Notes under the pieces: model-generated | What the model was told of the DNA's origin: nothing | Seen by the model: only the letters and a program-made list of their open reading frames with translations | Databases searched by the model: none | Shown here: positions 47,180 through 56,375 of the stretch, piece after piece | How the letters are laid out: each line of letters begins with the position of its first letter | Position numbering within the stretch: position 1 is the stretch's first letter | Translations under genes and position numbers: made by a program | Source: Gammaproteobacteria bacterium | Lineage (GTDB): Bacteria > Pseudomonadota > Gammaproteobacteria > Eutrophobiales > Eutrophobiaceae | Direction: 5' to 3' | Length of the DNA stretch: 64,000 nt | NCBI GenBank assembly: GCA_965221335.1 | Contig: CBDCSC010000001.1 | Location: 288,519-352,518, forward strand

Positions 47180-48241
47180 GTGGTGAACCGGATATCAGCA
47201 CAGCCCGGCGAAAACCCGCAGATTTTCTCCGCGCGCCTGGCGCGCCTCTATGACCATGTGAACCATGGCGATTTCTCCGACTGGATTGACGCCATCAATA
47301 ACCTGCCTGAAATCAGCCCGTCGGTCATCGGCCTTGATGCGGATACCATTTGTATAGGCGCCGCGACCGATTGCAGCGCAGCCCAACGGGAAACCATACG
47401 CCGGCAACTGCGGCGCTTGCTGCCCTGGCGCAAAGGTCCGTTCAAGCTGTTTGGCGTGAACATCGACGCAGAATGGCGCGCCGACATGAAATGGCGCCGT
47501 TTGCAGGACAGTATAGCCCCATTGTGCGGACGTACCATCCTGGATGTGGGCTGCGGCAACGGCTATTACGGCTGGCGTATGCTGGGGGCTGGCGCTGAGC
47601 GGGTGGTGGGAACCGACCCGACGCTGCGTTATGTCATGCAACAGCGCGCTGTCGCAAAATACCTGCCGGATGCTTCGTTCGATATATTGCCGTTCACGCT
47701 GGAGACGCTGGCAGAGGCTGTAAACGATTCCATCCCGGCAGAAACAGGCAGGCGCTCCCATACTGCACGCGCCGCCCTTCCCGCAAACCCGGCGCCCGCA
47801 TCTTTCCTGCAACAACTCGGAATCAGACAAGCATGCTTCGACACGGTTTTCTCCATGGGTGTGATCTATCATCGGCGCGACCCCGCAGAGCATATCCATG
47901 ACCTGCTGAGATTCTTGCGCCCCGGCGGCGAACTGGTACTGGAATCGTTGATCATCGATGAGAAGCATGGCGATATGCTGAAACCCCGGGGTCGCTATGC
48001 CAGGATGAGGAACATTTGGGCCATCCCTTCCATCGCCACGCTCAAAAGCTGGTTGTCCGACGCCGGCCTCGGATCCATCAAGGTCGCAGATGTGTCTGTC
48101 ACAACACCAGCCGAACAACGGGTCTCCGACTGGACCTTCGAGCAATCACTGTCAGAGTTCCTGGACCCGGAAAACCCCCGCCTCACCATTGAAGGCTACC
48201 CGGCCCCGCAGCGCGCGATCGTGATTGGCGCAAAATCCTGA
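47180..48241 (+). CDS. cmoB: tRNA U34 carboxymethyltransferase
   Basis: 353 aa. It is collinear with recalled E. coli CmoB (LMPWRKGPF, GVNIDTEWRSD, RTILDVGCG, FDTVFSMGV(I/L)YHRR, ADVSVTT, EGYPAP). It carries an ~40-aa insertion (TLETLAEAVNDS...QLGIRQ) relative to E. coli. Confidence 0.8.
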   Translation: MVNRISAQPGENPQIFSARLARLYDHVNHGDFSDWIDAINNLPEISPSVIGLDADTICIGAATDCSAAQRETIRRQLRRLLPWRKGPFKLFGVNIDAEWRADMKWRRLQDSIAPLCGRTILDVGCGNGYYGWRMLGAGAERVVGTDPTLRYVMQQRAVAKYLPDASFDILPFTLETLAEAVNDSIPAETGRRSHTARAALPANPAPASFLQQLGIRQACFDTVFSMGVIYHRRDPAEHIHDLLRFLRPGGELVLESLIIDEKHGDMLKPRGRYARMRNIWAIPSIATLKSWLSDAGLGSIKVADVSVTTPAEQRVSDWTFEQSLSEFLDPENPRLTIEGYPAPQRAIVIGAKS

Positions 48242-48254
48242 TTGAGATAAAGTC

Positions 48255-48290
48255 TCACAAGAACTCTGACTTAATCAAGAACTCCGACGA
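48255..48290. repeat. Family-A-related degenerate copy 3
   Basis: CAAGAACTCTGACTTAATCAAGAACTCCGAC. It shares CTCTGACTTAATC with family A but has direct rather than inverted arms. Confidence 0.35.
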
Positions 48291-48409
48291 TGTGAAACAG
48301 CGCCAGGCTTGCGCGCTGACAGGATCAGCGCTGAGAGAATGTTTGAAGCCCTGCAGTTTTTGCTATAATTGCACCGAAATGGCAACAACGCGCCCGCAGG
48401 AGGAATAAC

Positions 48410-49069
48410 ATGCCTTTACGAATTGGCGATGAAGCGCCGAACTTCACTGTTGACACCACAGAGGGAACGATCAATTTTCATGACTGGATTGGCGACGGTT
48501 ACGCGATCCTGTTTTCCCATCCGAAGGATTTTACGCCTGTCTGTACCACGGAACTGGGATATATGGCCGGGCTCAAGCCGGAATTTGATAAACGCAACTG
48601 TAAAATTATCGGTTTGAGTATCGATTCCGTCAATGATCATAACGCCTGGTTGAACGATATCGAGGAAACCCAGGGCCACGCGGTGAATTACCCGCTGATA
48701 GGCGACAGCAATCTTGAGGTGGCAAAGCTCTATGACATGATCCATCCGAATGCCAGCGGTACCGCAAAGGAGAGGACCCCGGCGGACAATGCCACTATCC
48801 GTTCCGTGTTCGTCATCGGTCCGGATAAGCTGATCAAACTGATCATTACTTATCCGATGAGCACCGGCAGAAATTTCGACGAGGTGCTGCGGGTACTGGA
48901 TTCCATCCAGTTGACCGCCAGGCACAAGGTGGCCACGCCCGTCAACTGGCGCCAGGGCGAGGATGTGATCATCGTGCCCGCAGTATCGGATGAAGCCGCG
49001 AAGGAGAAATTCCCCGACGGCTGGAAGGCCCCGAAACCCTACTTGAGGATCGTGCCGCAACCGGAGTAG
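48410..49069 (+). CDS. 1-Cys peroxiredoxin (Prx6-like, AhpC/TSA family)
   Basis: 219 aa with the peroxidatic Cys motif DFTPVCTTE. Confidence 0.8.
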   Translation: MPLRIGDEAPNFTVDTTEGTINFHDWIGDGYAILFSHPKDFTPVCTTELGYMAGLKPEFDKRNCKIIGLSIDSVNDHNAWLNDIEETQGHAVNYPLIGDSNLEVAKLYDMIHPNASGTAKERTPADNATIRSVFVIGPDKLIKLIITYPMSTGRNFDEVLRVLDSIQLTARHKVATPVNWRQGEDVIIVPAVSDEAAKEKFPDGWKAPKPYLRIVPQPE

Positions 49070-49082
49070 TCAATATACTTTG

Positions 49083-49112
49083 GGAAACTCTGAGACTTAA
49101 TCAGAGAGTCCT
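49083..49112. repeat. Family-A palindromic element, copy 4
   Basis: GGAAACTCTGAGACTTAATCAGAGAGTCC, between prx and the PNPOx-like gene. Confidence 0.55.
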
Positions 49113-49134
49113 TAGGAAAAACGAGGAAAAACTT

Positions 49135-49791
49135 ATGAGCAGATTATACGGTGATAACCACCGGGCATTGCAGGAACAGTTTGAAACACGCCGACTGGCC
49201 GACGCGATCGAGCATGTTGCGATGGAGACCGAGGTGGTCGGTCCACACAAGGGTTTCATCGAAAGCCGGGACATGTTTTTTCTCAGTACGGTGGACCACA
49301 AAGGCAGGCCCACCGTGTCCTATAAGGGCGGCGATCCGGGTTTCGTCAAGGTGGTTGATGACAACACGGTCGTATTTCCCAGCTATGACGGAAACGGCAT
49401 GTTCCTGTCCATGGGGAATATCAAGGGCAACAAACATATCGGCATGTTGTTCATCAGTTTCGAAGTCCCGCACCGGTTGCGGTTGCAGGGCGAGGCCACG
49501 TTGCATGACGATGACCCGGCCATGGACTGGTACAAGGAAGCCGACTTGATTGTCAGGGTCAACGTATCCGAGATCTTCGTCAACTGCCCGCGTTACGTCC
49601 ATAAGTATGAGAAGGTCGATCCTTCCAAGTATGTGCCCCGCACCGAATGCGCGACACCGCTGGCCGGCTGGAAACACATTGACAAGATCCAGGAGGTTCT
49701 TCCTGCCAGAGACCAGGGGCGCGCGCAGAAAGAAGGCGGCATTATCACCGAGGATGAATGGAAGATGAAAGTCGCGCAGGGCGACGGATAG
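49135..49791 (+). CDS. pyridoxamine 5'-phosphate oxidase-like FMN-binding protein
   Basis: 218 aa with a PNPOx-like split-barrel signature (MFFLSTVDHKGRPTVSYKGG). Confidence 0.6.
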   Translation: MSRLYGDNHRALQEQFETRRLADAIEHVAMETEVVGPHKGFIESRDMFFLSTVDHKGRPTVSYKGGDPGFVKVVDDNTVVFPSYDGNGMFLSMGNIKGNKHIGMLFISFEVPHRLRLQGEATLHDDDPAMDWYKEADLIVRVNVSEIFVNCPRYVHKYEKVDPSKYVPRTECATPLAGWKHIDKIQEVLPARDQGRAQKEGGIITEDEWKMKVAQGDG

Positions 49792-49796
49792 CTGTT

Positions 49797-51182
49797 TTAA
49801 AAGCCCTCTGTTGACAGTGTAAGAGCCTGGCGCATCGCCGCGCTTTTTGACAGCACTTCCTCATGTTCCGTCGCCGGGTCGCTGTCGGCCACGATTCCGG
49901 CGCCGGCATGATAGCTGTAACCGCCGTTTTCGAAGACGATAGTGCGTATCGCGATAGCCTGGTCCATATTGCCGTAATGGTCAAAATACCCCACCGTCCC
50001 GCCGTACAGGCCGCGCCGCACCGGCTCGAAGCCGTTCAGCAGTTCGATGGCGCGGATTTTCGGCGCGCCAACCAGGGTCCCGGCGGGGAAGGATGCCGCA
50101 AATAAATCAAACGCATCCTTGTCCGGCCGTGGCGCGCCGCTGACGCCACTGACGATGTGCATGACATGGCTGTAACGTTCTATGGACAGGTAAGGTTCAA
50201 CCCGAACCGAACCGGTCGCCGCGATGCGCCCCAGGTCGTTGCGGGCAAGGTCCACCAGCATTACATGCTCGGCGGTTTCTTTGGGGTCGTTGAGCAGGTC
50301 TTGTTCCAGTTCCCGGTCTTGTTCAGGCGAACTCCCGCGTGCACGGGTGCCGGCAATAGGCCGCAGCGCGGCCTTGCCGTCCTGTAACTTCACCATGGCT
50401 TCGGGCGAGGAACCGGCTATCGTGCGGTCGCCTATCTCGATATAATACATGTAAGGTGATGGGTTAATCAGGCGCAGCGCGCGATAAACCGTGAACGGCT
50501 CGAGCTCGGATTCACCGTAAAACCGGTTTGCCAGCACAACCTGGAAGATATCTCCGTCACGTATTTTGTGCTTGGCATCATAGACCAGTTGCATATAGTC
50601 ATTCCTGGTCAGACTTGCCTTCGCGATGGAACAGGTGTTATTCGAGTTGGACGCAGGGATCGAGCCGCGCAATGCTGTACTGATCTCCTTCTGCAGGGCC
50701 AGCCGTTCCGATTCCGGCCCGGCATGGAGCAACGCCACCCGCCGGGTCAGGTGGTCGAACACGAGCAGGGAGCGCGGCGACATGTAACCGGCGCGGGGCT
50801 TGAAATCCCTGGCGCTCGTGTTATCGGGAAACTGTTCCAGTTCGTGGACCAGGTCAAAATCGGCATAGCCCACCAGGCCGCCCTGGAACGGGATCTCATC
50901 CACCTGGGGGAATAATTTCGGCGTAGCTTGTAATGCCTCCCGCAATGCAGCCAAAACCCCGGCGCGGCCCGAAAGCCGTGATTGCGTCTTGCCGTTAACG
51001 GTCAGGGATTGCGGCTCAAGATGCAAGTCCAGCACGCTACCCAGCCCCAGGAAAGAAAAACGCGCAACTTGCTCGCCGCGCTCCACGCTTTCCAGCAGGA
51101 AGCGCGCATCCAGCGGTTTCAGTTTAAGAAAGGCGGATACCGGCGTATCCAGGTCTGCTACTATGTCAAAAGGCGGTTTCAT
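49797..51182 (-). CDS. chorismate-utilising enzyme, aminodeoxychorismate/anthranilate synthase component I
   Basis: 461 aa with a chorismate-binding domain (GYFDHYGNMDQAIAIRT, AGAGIVADSDP). No adjacent glutamine amidotransferase subunit is present. Confidence 0.7.
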   Translation of the reverse strand: MKPPFDIVADLDTPVSAFLKLKPLDARFLLESVERGEQVARFSFLGLGSVLDLHLEPQSLTVNGKTQSRLSGRAGVLAALREALQATPKLFPQVDEIPFQGGLVGYADFDLVHELEQFPDNTSARDFKPRAGYMSPRSLLVFDHLTRRVALLHAGPESERLALQKEISTALRGSIPASNSNNTCSIAKASLTRNDYMQLVYDAKHKIRDGDIFQVVLANRFYGESELEPFTVYRALRLINPSPYMYYIEIGDRTIAGSSPEAMVKLQDGKAALRPIAGTRARGSSPEQDRELEQDLLNDPKETAEHVMLVDLARNDLGRIAATGSVRVEPYLSIERYSHVMHIVSGVSGAPRPDKDAFDLFAASFPAGTLVGAPKIRAIELLNGFEPVRRGLYGGTVGYFDHYGNMDQAIAIRTIVFENGGYSYHAGAGIVADSDPATEHEEVLSKSAAMRQALTLSTEGF

Positions 51183-51488
51183 GGGTTCCCCGTGGTTCTT
51201 TAATCACCCGTAGCCGGGGACGCGGGCACAAAAAAACCCACCCCTGGCTCAGAGGTGGGTTTGAAAACATTAAACAATAGCGATTAAGCCGTTATCCACC
51301 TCCGGATGTGCGGCCACCACCATTGTTTGCGGTTAATTTTCATCATGCCCGCATCATAACCGCAGTTCCGAAACAGGTCAAGTTCAAGCGAAATAAGCGC
51401 ACCCTTATCTTAAATCGGATAAAATCGAGACACCCACGTTTCAAATCAGGATAACCATACACAGCACAGCAAACAGGGGTGCCCCTCC

Positions 51489-52271
51489 ATGCAGGAAACA
51501 CATAATGATTTACTGAGCCTGAACGGCAAGACCGCCGTGGTAACAGGCGGCGCCGGCGGCATCGGCGCGGCGATATGCCAGACGCTGGCGCGGGCCGGCG
51601 CCCATGTCTTCATTCATTACCACTCCAGCGAGACCGGCGCTGCGGAACTGAAAGAGCGGATTAACAAGTCGGGAGGCGCCGCAACCACCGCCTATGCCGA
51701 CGTGACCAGCAAGGCGGATGTGGAGAGCCTGTTCGACTCCGTTATCGCGCAAACCGGCAGGGTAGACCTGTTGATTAACAACGCCGGGGTCTACCCGTTG
51801 TCACCCTTTCTTGAGATCAGCGAGGCAGAGTATGAACAGATGATGGACTCTAATGTACGTTCCGTCATGTTGTGCACCCAGGCGTTTGCCGGGCACGTGA
51901 TAAAGCGAGGAACCGGCGGCGCAGTCGTCAATATCGCGTCGATTGCCGCCAGCGGCGTGATGGATATGCACAGTCATTATTGCGCGTCCAAGAGCGCGGT
52001 CGTGATGTTCAGCCGGGCTTCCGCCAGGGAACTGGGCGCGCATAACATCCGTGTCAATACCGTATCCCCCGGCCTCATCTGGCGCGACGGGCTGGATCAG
52101 GACTGGCCTGAAGGTGTGGCCCGATACAAACAGGCCGCGGCCCTGAACTCTGTAGGCCAGGCGGAAGACGTCGCCAATGCCTGCCTGTTCCTGGTTTCTC
52201 CGGCTAGCAAGTGGATAACCGGGATTGACCTGATCGTGGACGGCGGCGTGATGACAGACAAACTGTTTTAG
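51489..52271 (+). CDS. SDR-family oxidoreductase
   Basis: 260 aa. TGGAGGIG cofactor motif, NNAG and the YxxxK catalytic pair (YCASK). Confidence 0.8.
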   Translation: MQETHNDLLSLNGKTAVVTGGAGGIGAAICQTLARAGAHVFIHYHSSETGAAELKERINKSGGAATTAYADVTSKADVESLFDSVIAQTGRVDLLINNAGVYPLSPFLEISEAEYEQMMDSNVRSVMLCTQAFAGHVIKRGTGGAVVNIASIAASGVMDMHSHYCASKSAVVMFSRASARELGAHNIRVNTVSPGLIWRDGLDQDWPEGVARYKQAAALNSVGQAEDVANACLFLVSPASKWITGIDLIVDGGVMTDKLF

Positions 52272-52401
52272 TGTTGTATTTCGGAACCACGGAGAATGCT
52301 GAGGTTAAAAGTGTATGAGGCCGGGCTGACGCCCGCGATCCCAAGGCAGGCGCAGTAAACACTGAGTAAGGGTTTACCCCGTAATCTATCGCAAGTCTGT
52401 T

Positions 52402-53061
52402 ATGAAGATTAAAGTAGAGCATATTGCAGCGATTATCGATCACACGCTGCTGGCGCCCGACGCGACACCGGATAAGGTAACGCGGCTGTGCCGTGAGGCG
52501 GATGAACATCGGTTTTATTCCGTTTGCGTGGCGCCGGTATACGTCAGCCTGGCCCGCGAGAATCTGGCCGGGTCGCCGGTAAAGGTATGCACGGTAGCCG
52601 GTTTCCCCAGTGGCATGAGTGAACCGGAAGTGAAGGCGCTGGAGGCGCAACTGGCAATCCGGCAAGGCGCCGACGAAGTGGACATGGTGATGCATATCGG
52701 CGCGGCAAAAGCGGGCAACTGGCAACAGGTGGCTGAAGATGTGAAAACCGTGGTCGACCACGCCGCGGGACGGCCGATCAAGGCGATCCTGGAGACCTGC
52801 TTGTTAACCGACGCGGAAAAGCAACGAGCCTGCGAGGTCTGCGTTGCCGCAGGCGTCGCTTTTGTTAAGACCTCCACCGGCTTCAGCCATGGCGGCGCCA
52901 CCGAGGCGGATGTCAGGTTGTTACGCGCCGCAGTAGGACCGGACATCGGGGTCAAGGCCAGCGGCGGGATCAGGGATTACGCAACCGCCTGCAGGATGAT
53001 AGAGGCGGGCGCCGCCCGCCTAGGCACCAGTTCAAGCGTCAAAATCATGGAGAGACTGTGA
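52402..53061 (+). CDS. deoC: deoxyribose-phosphate aldolase
   Basis: 219 aa. DeoC family, with the Schiff-base lysine region (FVKTSTGF). Confidence 0.8.
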   Translation: MKIKVEHIAAIIDHTLLAPDATPDKVTRLCREADEHRFYSVCVAPVYVSLARENLAGSPVKVCTVAGFPSGMSEPEVKALEAQLAIRQGADEVDMVMHIGAAKAGNWQQVAEDVKTVVDHAAGRPIKAILETCLLTDAEKQRACEVCVAAGVAFVKTSTGFSHGGATEADVRLLRAAVGPDIGVKASGGIRDYATACRMIEAGAARLGTSSSVKIMERL

Positions 53062-53164
53062 ATACGCCCATTCCCGTAGCGGGCGCATAATCAGTTCCAC
53101 GCTACTCAGCGCTGTACAATTTACTTCTTCCTGGAGCGAACTGCTGGAAGATAATACGAGATAC

Positions 53165-53884
53165 TCAATACTCCCACTCAGCATAAGCAAGCGGTGCGCG
53201 CTTGAGTGCTTCTTTATGCAAGCGCCACTGTGGCATGAATCTGTCCATCAGTTCCCGAAAGCGCGCATTATGGCGGCGCTCGATCAGGTGCGTGAGTTCG
53301 TGAACGAGGACGTATTCAAGACATGAGGTTGGTTTCTTGATCAATTCCAGGTTCAGCCAGATTCGGCCGGCCTTGATGTTGCACGAACCCCAGCGGGTTT
53401 TCATCTTCTTGATGCGGACCTCGCGCGCACGCACACCGATCTCGGTTTCCCACTTCGCCAACAATGCCGGCAATCGGGCCTGAAGTTGGCGCCGATACCA
53501 TCGATCAAGCAACGTCTCCCGCACCGCTCTATCTGAACCGTGACGAACCTGTAACGTCATCGTCTTGTTGTTCATCAGGCACACACCTGGTCTACCGGCG
53601 CTTACAAGCACATCCAGCCGATAACGTCGTCCTTCAAAGTAATGGCTTTCACCAGTGACAAACTCGCGCTGGGACTGGCGCTCCTGCCCGGCAAGTTCCA
53701 CTTGCTTTCTGTGAATCCATCCCAAGCGATCAACCACGGCCAACCTGATGGCATCGTCATCAAGGCGTAGCGGCGCCGCCACCCGCACCCGACCGGATGG
53801 CGGGTATACCCCTACATACAGGTGTTTGATGTCCTTGCGGACAACCTCCACAGGTATCCCGCTGATGTCGATGTGCTGGCTCAT
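53165..53884 (-). CDS. DUF45/YgjP-like metal-dependent hydrolase (M48-like HExxH)
   Basis: 239 aa ending with RWGSCN...LVHELTHLIERRHN. Confidence 0.65.
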   Translation of the reverse strand: MSQHIDISGIPVEVVRKDIKHLYVGVYPPSGRVRVAAPLRLDDDAIRLAVVDRLGWIHRKQVELAGQERQSQREFVTGESHYFEGRRYRLDVLVSAGRPGVCLMNNKTMTLQVRHGSDRAVRETLLDRWYRRQLQARLPALLAKWETEIGVRAREVRIKKMKTRWGSCNIKAGRIWLNLELIKKPTSCLEYVLVHELTHLIERRHNARFRELMDRFMPQWRLHKEALKRAPLAYAEWEY

Positions 53885-54170
53885 TGCTTTAGCCCGAAAA
53901 TCTCACCGATTGATGCGATGATCGCTGAGGATTTTTTGTGTTAGCGGGTGCTCGCGACCGAAAGCATAGTGGTTCTTCTGGTTGAGGGAGCATGTGCCCG
54001 CTAACGCAAAAAAGACCAGCGAGGGCGCATCAAGCGCAGTGTGTAATGGCAGCATACTCGACAGATTACCATAACTCATTGACAGCAAACATCTATCCGA
54101 TGCTGACAAGCGAATTGGTGAGATATTCGGGTTAGTACTCACCTTGCATCTTCACGCTCGCCGGCGGTGG

Positions 54171-54491
54171 TCATATCCGTGCGCTCCGACTGAGTGTCCG
54201 AAACGCAGCCCGTCCCTTGTAGGTAAGTTGATACTTCTGTAGCAGACTTCGCGGTTTGTCATGAAGGGTCATTTTCAAGAATCCTACATGCTGGAGTCGG
54301 TCAAGCCACTTTCTGAAGTTTCCTGTTCGAGTCGCAAAACCTGCGGCGGCCAGCAACACTTTACTCGGAACTGCGCCCTGGGCGCATGCTTGCAGGATTG
54401 TGAACTCTTTGAGTGATAATGCAGCATGGCCCCCTTCTTGGCCCCTCGCATGGCCCCCCACTTGGCCCCCCACTTGGCCCCCAACTTGCAT
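54171..54491 (-). pseudogene. fragment paralogous to the C-terminal wHTH region of the adjacent COG2865 regulator, fused to a (GGQV)n tandem repeat
   Basis: A 106-aa ORF. Residues MTLHDKPRSLLQKYQLTYKGRAAFRTL parallel MTIPDKPRSKKQKYRLTAKGKELQAHL at the C-terminus of the 54849-56315 protein. Its N-terminal GGQVGGQVGG is encoded by the dodecanucleotide tandem repeat at 54425-54490. Confidence 0.4.
54425..54490. repeat. tandem repeat of TTGGCCCC(C)CAC (about 4-5 units)
   Basis: ...cttggcccctcgcatggccccccacttggccccccacttggcccccaacttg. On the minus strand it translates to GGQVGGQVGGQVGG. Confidence 0.55.
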
Positions 54492-54848
54492 ATCTGCTTA
54501 TTGGGTAGTGGCGCCGTGGTCGGTTGTGCGGGCGGTGGTCAGGTAGTCTGCTAAAAACGGGATAGTCAACCAAAGACCATTACCGGTAGATTGCAACTCC
54601 CACTCCGGCGGCGTATTGACGGCTTCCGGTTTCAGATTTTCGTCAACCATAATATCGAGTAGCGATAGAGCTTTGTTCTACGTACCTCGGAAGACGAACA
54701 TTGAAAACAGTGTTTGCGATTTTAGGGGTTTGTGGTGCCATCCTCTCGATTCGCAGGTAGAAGCGTCGGAACTGCTTGATTTCTTACAGCGGGCTCGCAT
54801 GGCGATCTTCGGATATCAAGGTGGAAAAGACAACCCGTCGGGTCAGAC

Positions 54849-56315
54849 TTACCATTCGCCTTGCCTCAAATGCGCTTGTAATTCCTTTCCCTTAGCGGTC
54901 AGGCGGTACTTCTGCTTCTTGCTGCGGGGTTTGTCCGGGATGGTCATCTCGATAAGCCCATCAGTGATGGCAGGCCGCAGGTACTCATTGGCCAAGTGAT
55001 CACGATGCCGGAGTTCCAGCCGCTCAAGGATTTCGTCTCTTGTTTGCTCTCCCTCAAGGCAACGGACAAGTTTTTTGACCTGCCAGGGACATGTCCGGCT
55101 CATGTCCGGTTCATGCCCGGCACATGTCCGGTTCATGCCCGGTACTCGGGATATACTTGGTTCCAACTTTTCACGTACTTGCGGGTAGTCCTGATTAATA
55201 ACATGCTCGACTTGCCGCGTGAATGTGGTCGTAACCCAATCTTCGGAGATGTCGATTATCGGCTCTGTGACCCCGTAGTCGCGGCACAATTCTCGTATGC
55301 GACGAACGCCGCTGCCGATCTGTTCAACAAGCCCCATGCGGTAGAACATCCCGAACAGGAGCGGGTTTCGGGGGACGCTTTTCAACCCTAGGTATTCTTC
55401 ACGCATACCGGCCGGCAGGCCGCCAGGGGTGACAATTTCGACACGGTCGTGGAAAATATGTGCTTGGACGTTGGCGGTGGATCGATAGTCCCGGTGGGCG
55501 ATGGCGTTCACCAGCGCTTCCCGTAAGGCGTCTTCCGGTAGCTCGAGTCGTTCGTCTCTTCCGCGTGCGTGGGGAATCAGCGCGGTGTTCAGTTTGGCCT
55601 GCAAATAAGCGACGCAATCCTCGAAGATGGAATAGAGATCTCCTACAAAGTCCTTGCGATCGATGATGTAGGTGTTGGTAACGCCGCGAAATAATGCACA
55701 AGTCACCCCGGCTCGCAAGGTGTAACGTGTAATGTCGTCCGCCAGCAGCCAAGCTCCAGCGTGTGTCATGTGCCCGTCTTTGACCAGGTGCAGGTTTTCC
55801 AAGGTCGGAAGTGGTGCAAGGTTCGAAGGCAGCCGCGCTCGGTGGGCGAATCGTTGCCAACGCTCGTCCGTCAGGTCTCTTTCCAACTCGAACGCGGGGC
55901 AGGGCGTTTCATCGAATCGGATCAAGCCTTCCTTGAAGAAAAATTCGCGAATCTCTTCGCGCTTCATCTGTTGGCTGCTTGCGCCTTCGCGGATGAAGAA
56001 TTTGCCGCCGAACGAATAGGGTTTGCTGTGCTGGGCAGGCACTCGCACGCAGAGAGCTTCATCCACACTCTCGATTTCCACCGCAATGGGTGGATCAGCA
56101 TTTCGGGCAACGGATTGAACCTCGGACTTTAGCCGGTTGTGTCCGGCGATTCCGCACACCTCTCCATTGTCCGTTACTCCAAGCAGAATTACTCCGCCGG
56201 TTGCGTTAGCGAAGGCGCACAGCTCGCGTCCTAGTCTGCTTGTGCCGGACCGTTTGAATTCCGTAGTAAATCCTTCGCCAAGCGCGATAATATCCGCTAG
56301 CTCTTCCCGGTTCAT
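54849..56315 (-). CDS. COG2865-type regulator (AlbA_2/Schlafen-like DNA-binding domain plus HATPase_c_4-like domain plus C-terminal wHTH)
   Basis: 488 aa. The N-terminal AlbA_2-like region is ELADIIALGEGFTTEFKRS...ELCAFANATGGVILLGVTDNGEVCGI. The central region has ALREALVNAIAHRDY. Internal 20-nt tandem repeats lie at 55081-55145. Confidence 0.6.
   Translation of the reverse strand: MNREELADIIALGEGFTTEFKRSGTSRLGRELCAFANATGGVILLGVTDNGEVCGIAGHNRLKSEVQSVARNADPPIAVEIESVDEALCVRVPAQHSKPYSFGGKFFIREGASSQQMKREEIREFFFKEGLIRFDETPCPAFELERDLTDERWQRFAHRARLPSNLAPLPTLENLHLVKDGHMTHAGAWLLADDITRYTLRAGVTCALFRGVTNTYIIDRKDFVGDLYSIFEDCVAYLQAKLNTALIPHARGRDERLELPEDALREALVNAIAHRDYRSTANVQAHIFHDRVEIVTPGGLPAGMREEYLGLKSVPRNPLLFGMFYRMGLVEQIGSGVRRIRELCRDYGVTEPIIDISEDWVTTTFTRQVEHVINQDYPQVREKLEPSISRVPGMNRTCAGHEPDMSRTCPWQVKKLVRCLEGEQTRDEILERLELRHRDHLANEYLRPAITDGLIEMTIPDKPRSKKQKYRLTAKGKELQAHLRQGEW
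55081..55145. repeat. about three copies of a ~20-nt tandem repeat (CATGTCCGGYTCATGYCCGG) inside the COG2865 gene
   Basis: gacatgtccggctcatgtccggttcatgcccggcacatgtccggttcatgcccgg. It encodes PGMNRTCAGHEPDMSRTCPW on the minus strand. Confidence 0.5.
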
Positions 56316-56375
56316 AACGACAACCTCACCCGCTCATCGCAGCTTTGCCACAACGACGAATAGAGCTGCGACTTC

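Noticed and set aside
53903-54142. 79-aa minus-strand ORF downstream of the DUF45 gene
   Set aside because: It has no recognisable features, is low-complexity, and overlaps a region better explained as rearranged non-coding sequence.
54421-55150. Tandem repeats near 54.4 kb and 55.1 kb as a possible CRISPR array
   Set aside because: The units (12 nt and 20 nt) are directly tandem with no spacers, sit in or adjacent to coding sequence, and lack CRISPR repeat length and structure. No cas genes are present in the window.
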